Notes under the pieces: generated by a model | Database searches by the model: none | What the model was told of the DNA's origin: nothing | Seen by the model: the letters and a program-made list of their open reading frames with translations, nothing else | Made by a program: the position numbers and the translations under genes | From: Octopus sinensis | Lineage: Eukaryota | Length of the DNA stretch: 64,000 nucleotides | Reading direction: 5' to 3' | Assembly: GCF_006345805.1 (NCBI RefSeq) | Contig: NC_043016.1 | Span: forward strand, 32,488,001-32,552,000 | Shown: one piece after another, positions 61,904 through 64,000 of the stretch | Position numbering within the stretch: position 1 is the first letter of the stretch | Layout of the letters: each line of letters opens with the position of its first letter

Positions 61904-63443
61904 TATAATAATAATAATAATAAACATTGTGTACAGTGCTCAGGTGCACCACAACTCATCGAAAGTGTATATATAATCAGGTGTAGTTTCGACGGATTTC
62001 GGAAAGCATGAGGGCCTTAAAGGATGCAGTGTCATGGCAGTCAACAACTGACGCAGGCAGTTTATTCCATGCTTCAGCAACTCTGTCTGTCCTTGTTTGT
62101 CCCCTCTGTGTTTAGCCCCTTGTGGGTAATAAAGAAATAGGTAATGATGACACTGATAATAATGATGTCAATGATAATGATGATAATGGTGATGATGATG
62201 ACAATAATGATGATGTTCCTGATGATAATAACGACTGATGATGCTGATGACGGCGACAATGTTGATGATGATAACAAGGATGATGATAATGATAACGATA
62301 ATGATGAGGAGGAGGAGGAGGACAATGCTGCTACCGCTGACGATGATGATGACAAAGATGGCAGTAGTGGTAGTGGAGTCATTAATTAGATTTTCATTCC
62401 TTACCTCATTTATATACATATGACGGTTCTGACATGGCCAATAAATTCTTTGGAAATGGCAAATCTAAGTAATTTGCATTCCTTTTCCTGATATTGACAG
62501 AGTATTTCACTCTCATTTATATACATAGAATGTAAATATTTAAGTCTGCAAAAATTCAAAAAATTCTTAAGCATGATTCCAGTATCCTTATTTATTTCAA
62601 CTGATCAAATTTTAAAAAAAATCTGGGACAACATTATCCCTAATTTAGTAATCTATTTTCTAAACTACCAAATTTGTCACCCTCCCTGCGCTCTCTCTTT
62701 GAATCTGTCTATATTTTACATTCTTTTAATTTTGCCATAGTTGGTACTCCAAAGCAATACTGCCCCAAGCAAGAACTACTTTGGAGTTCTTCATTTCTAA
62801 TCTAAGAAACATCCGTCATACTTCCTCATTCTTCATTCCAACAGCAGCACCACCATCACCACAGTCTTCTCCTCCCCCTCCATTCTGTACACAGCTGTCA
62901 CAGCCACCTGGGGTTCCGTATACAGTTTATGACCCCCAATGTGAAAACAAACTAATTCAATCATTTAGTTTTTTTTTTTTTTATTTACATGAGGTAATGG
63001 TGGTGGTGTTTCCAATTCCGAATCTGTATTCCATTGGGTTGGCAGGCATAGTTTCTCCAAGAGTTTGCAAGATTTAAAACTTTTGCAGCAATAACAGCAG
63101 ACAAGGTTAGCCTCTACAGTTATTCAACCTGCTAGAAACAACAGTCAACTCTCTTCAAATAACATTCCACCATCTTGAAATAAGGAATGGAATGGACACA
63201 TAGAATAACATAGCCTTATATATCCCTACAAAGATGGGATGGTCACATTTGGAATGCCTTTGATGTAATGCCTCCTACAAATGTGTACCCTAAGGTTCAA
63301 GAATTCAACAAAACTGACACTCCATCTGCTACAAGTGTTTCAGTTAATCTGATCAACAGATATGATTATACCTGTAAAGGGAACTGGTTGCTTCTTTACA
63401 CTTTTGGGGTGCAACTTGGGTGCAACACAATTTCCTTTCTTTT

Positions 63444-64000
63444 TGTTTATAGAAACTACCAGTCAGGAACGAAACGCAAGTTTAAAAATATATATAATTC
63501 TTTATTTTCTTTGGTTCAACAATGAAACACGATGATATGCTGATATCCACCTAGTTCAACGCAACAAGGCTGAATTCAAACGTTTGTAAGCTTTACAACA
63601 ATTCAGCAGCAGTAGAACAGGTTAAATCCTAAGCGTCTGGGACAGGAGAATAGGCTGATCACAGGTTTCAAAATATACGTCCTTTCTCTTCTATCGCCGT
63701 GTCTCAAGTCCCCGATGCTATTAAGGAACGCTATGGAATTTATTCTTCAGTCTCTAGCGCATGTGCATGAGGGAACTTCCTTATGCCTTTCTAGAAGGTT
63801 CCAGAAGGTTCCAACCCCGCACACGCACACTGAAGAAGGACGTTCCGCACAGGTACACTGAAGAATGACGTTGCGTGTGCGCACACTGGAACATGACGTC
63901 ACTACAAAGGTGACATTCCACACATGCACACTGAAGAATGACGTTGCGTGTGCACACACTGGAATATGACGTCACTACATACCCTTAAATAAGTTCTCAG
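63444..64000. mobile_element. Probable LTR segment running off the window edge, with 73-bp repeats carrying TGACGTCA
   Basis: Abrupt CpG-rich sequence starting TGTT..., tandem units and CRE palindromes. The far end is not visible. Confidence 0.4.

Noticed and set aside
63361-63440. Cys-containing minus-strand segment as the next upstream Jagged exon
   Set aside because: No EGF cysteine spacing and no good acceptor; that exon probably lies beyond the window.

Overview
AT-rich, microsatellite-laden animal genomic DNA; the SINE/LINE repertoire suggests an octopus (inference). The only recognisable host gene is part of a Serrate/Jagged Notch ligand on the minus strand. Six EGF-repeat exons (58619 to 47786) splice in frame into 271 codons through canonical GT-AG sites. 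Its upstream exons lie beyond the window, and its downstream exons are not found left of a 100-N assembly gap (46083-46182). The rest is nested mobile DNA: tRNA-derived SINEs, a long frameshifted RTE LINE (35538-40340), R4/Dong RLE-LINE 3' ends in (TAA)n tracts, a 1220-bp solo LTR, two Helentron/HINE-like elements, a deleted Tc1/mariner, MITEs and fold-back hairpins. The most striking signal is a dense set of type-I hammerhead-ribozyme motifs from several unrelated sequence families, most of them the minimal Penelope-associated type with a palindromic helix III. Six have intact catalytic cores (18304-, 19039+, 34130-, 43227+, 46241-, 51730-), two are near-intact and several are decayed. They sit mostly in (TA)n tracts, often inside SINEs. 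Two form divergent pairs, and two lie on the Jagged sense strand. All folds were done by eye and no activity is shown.
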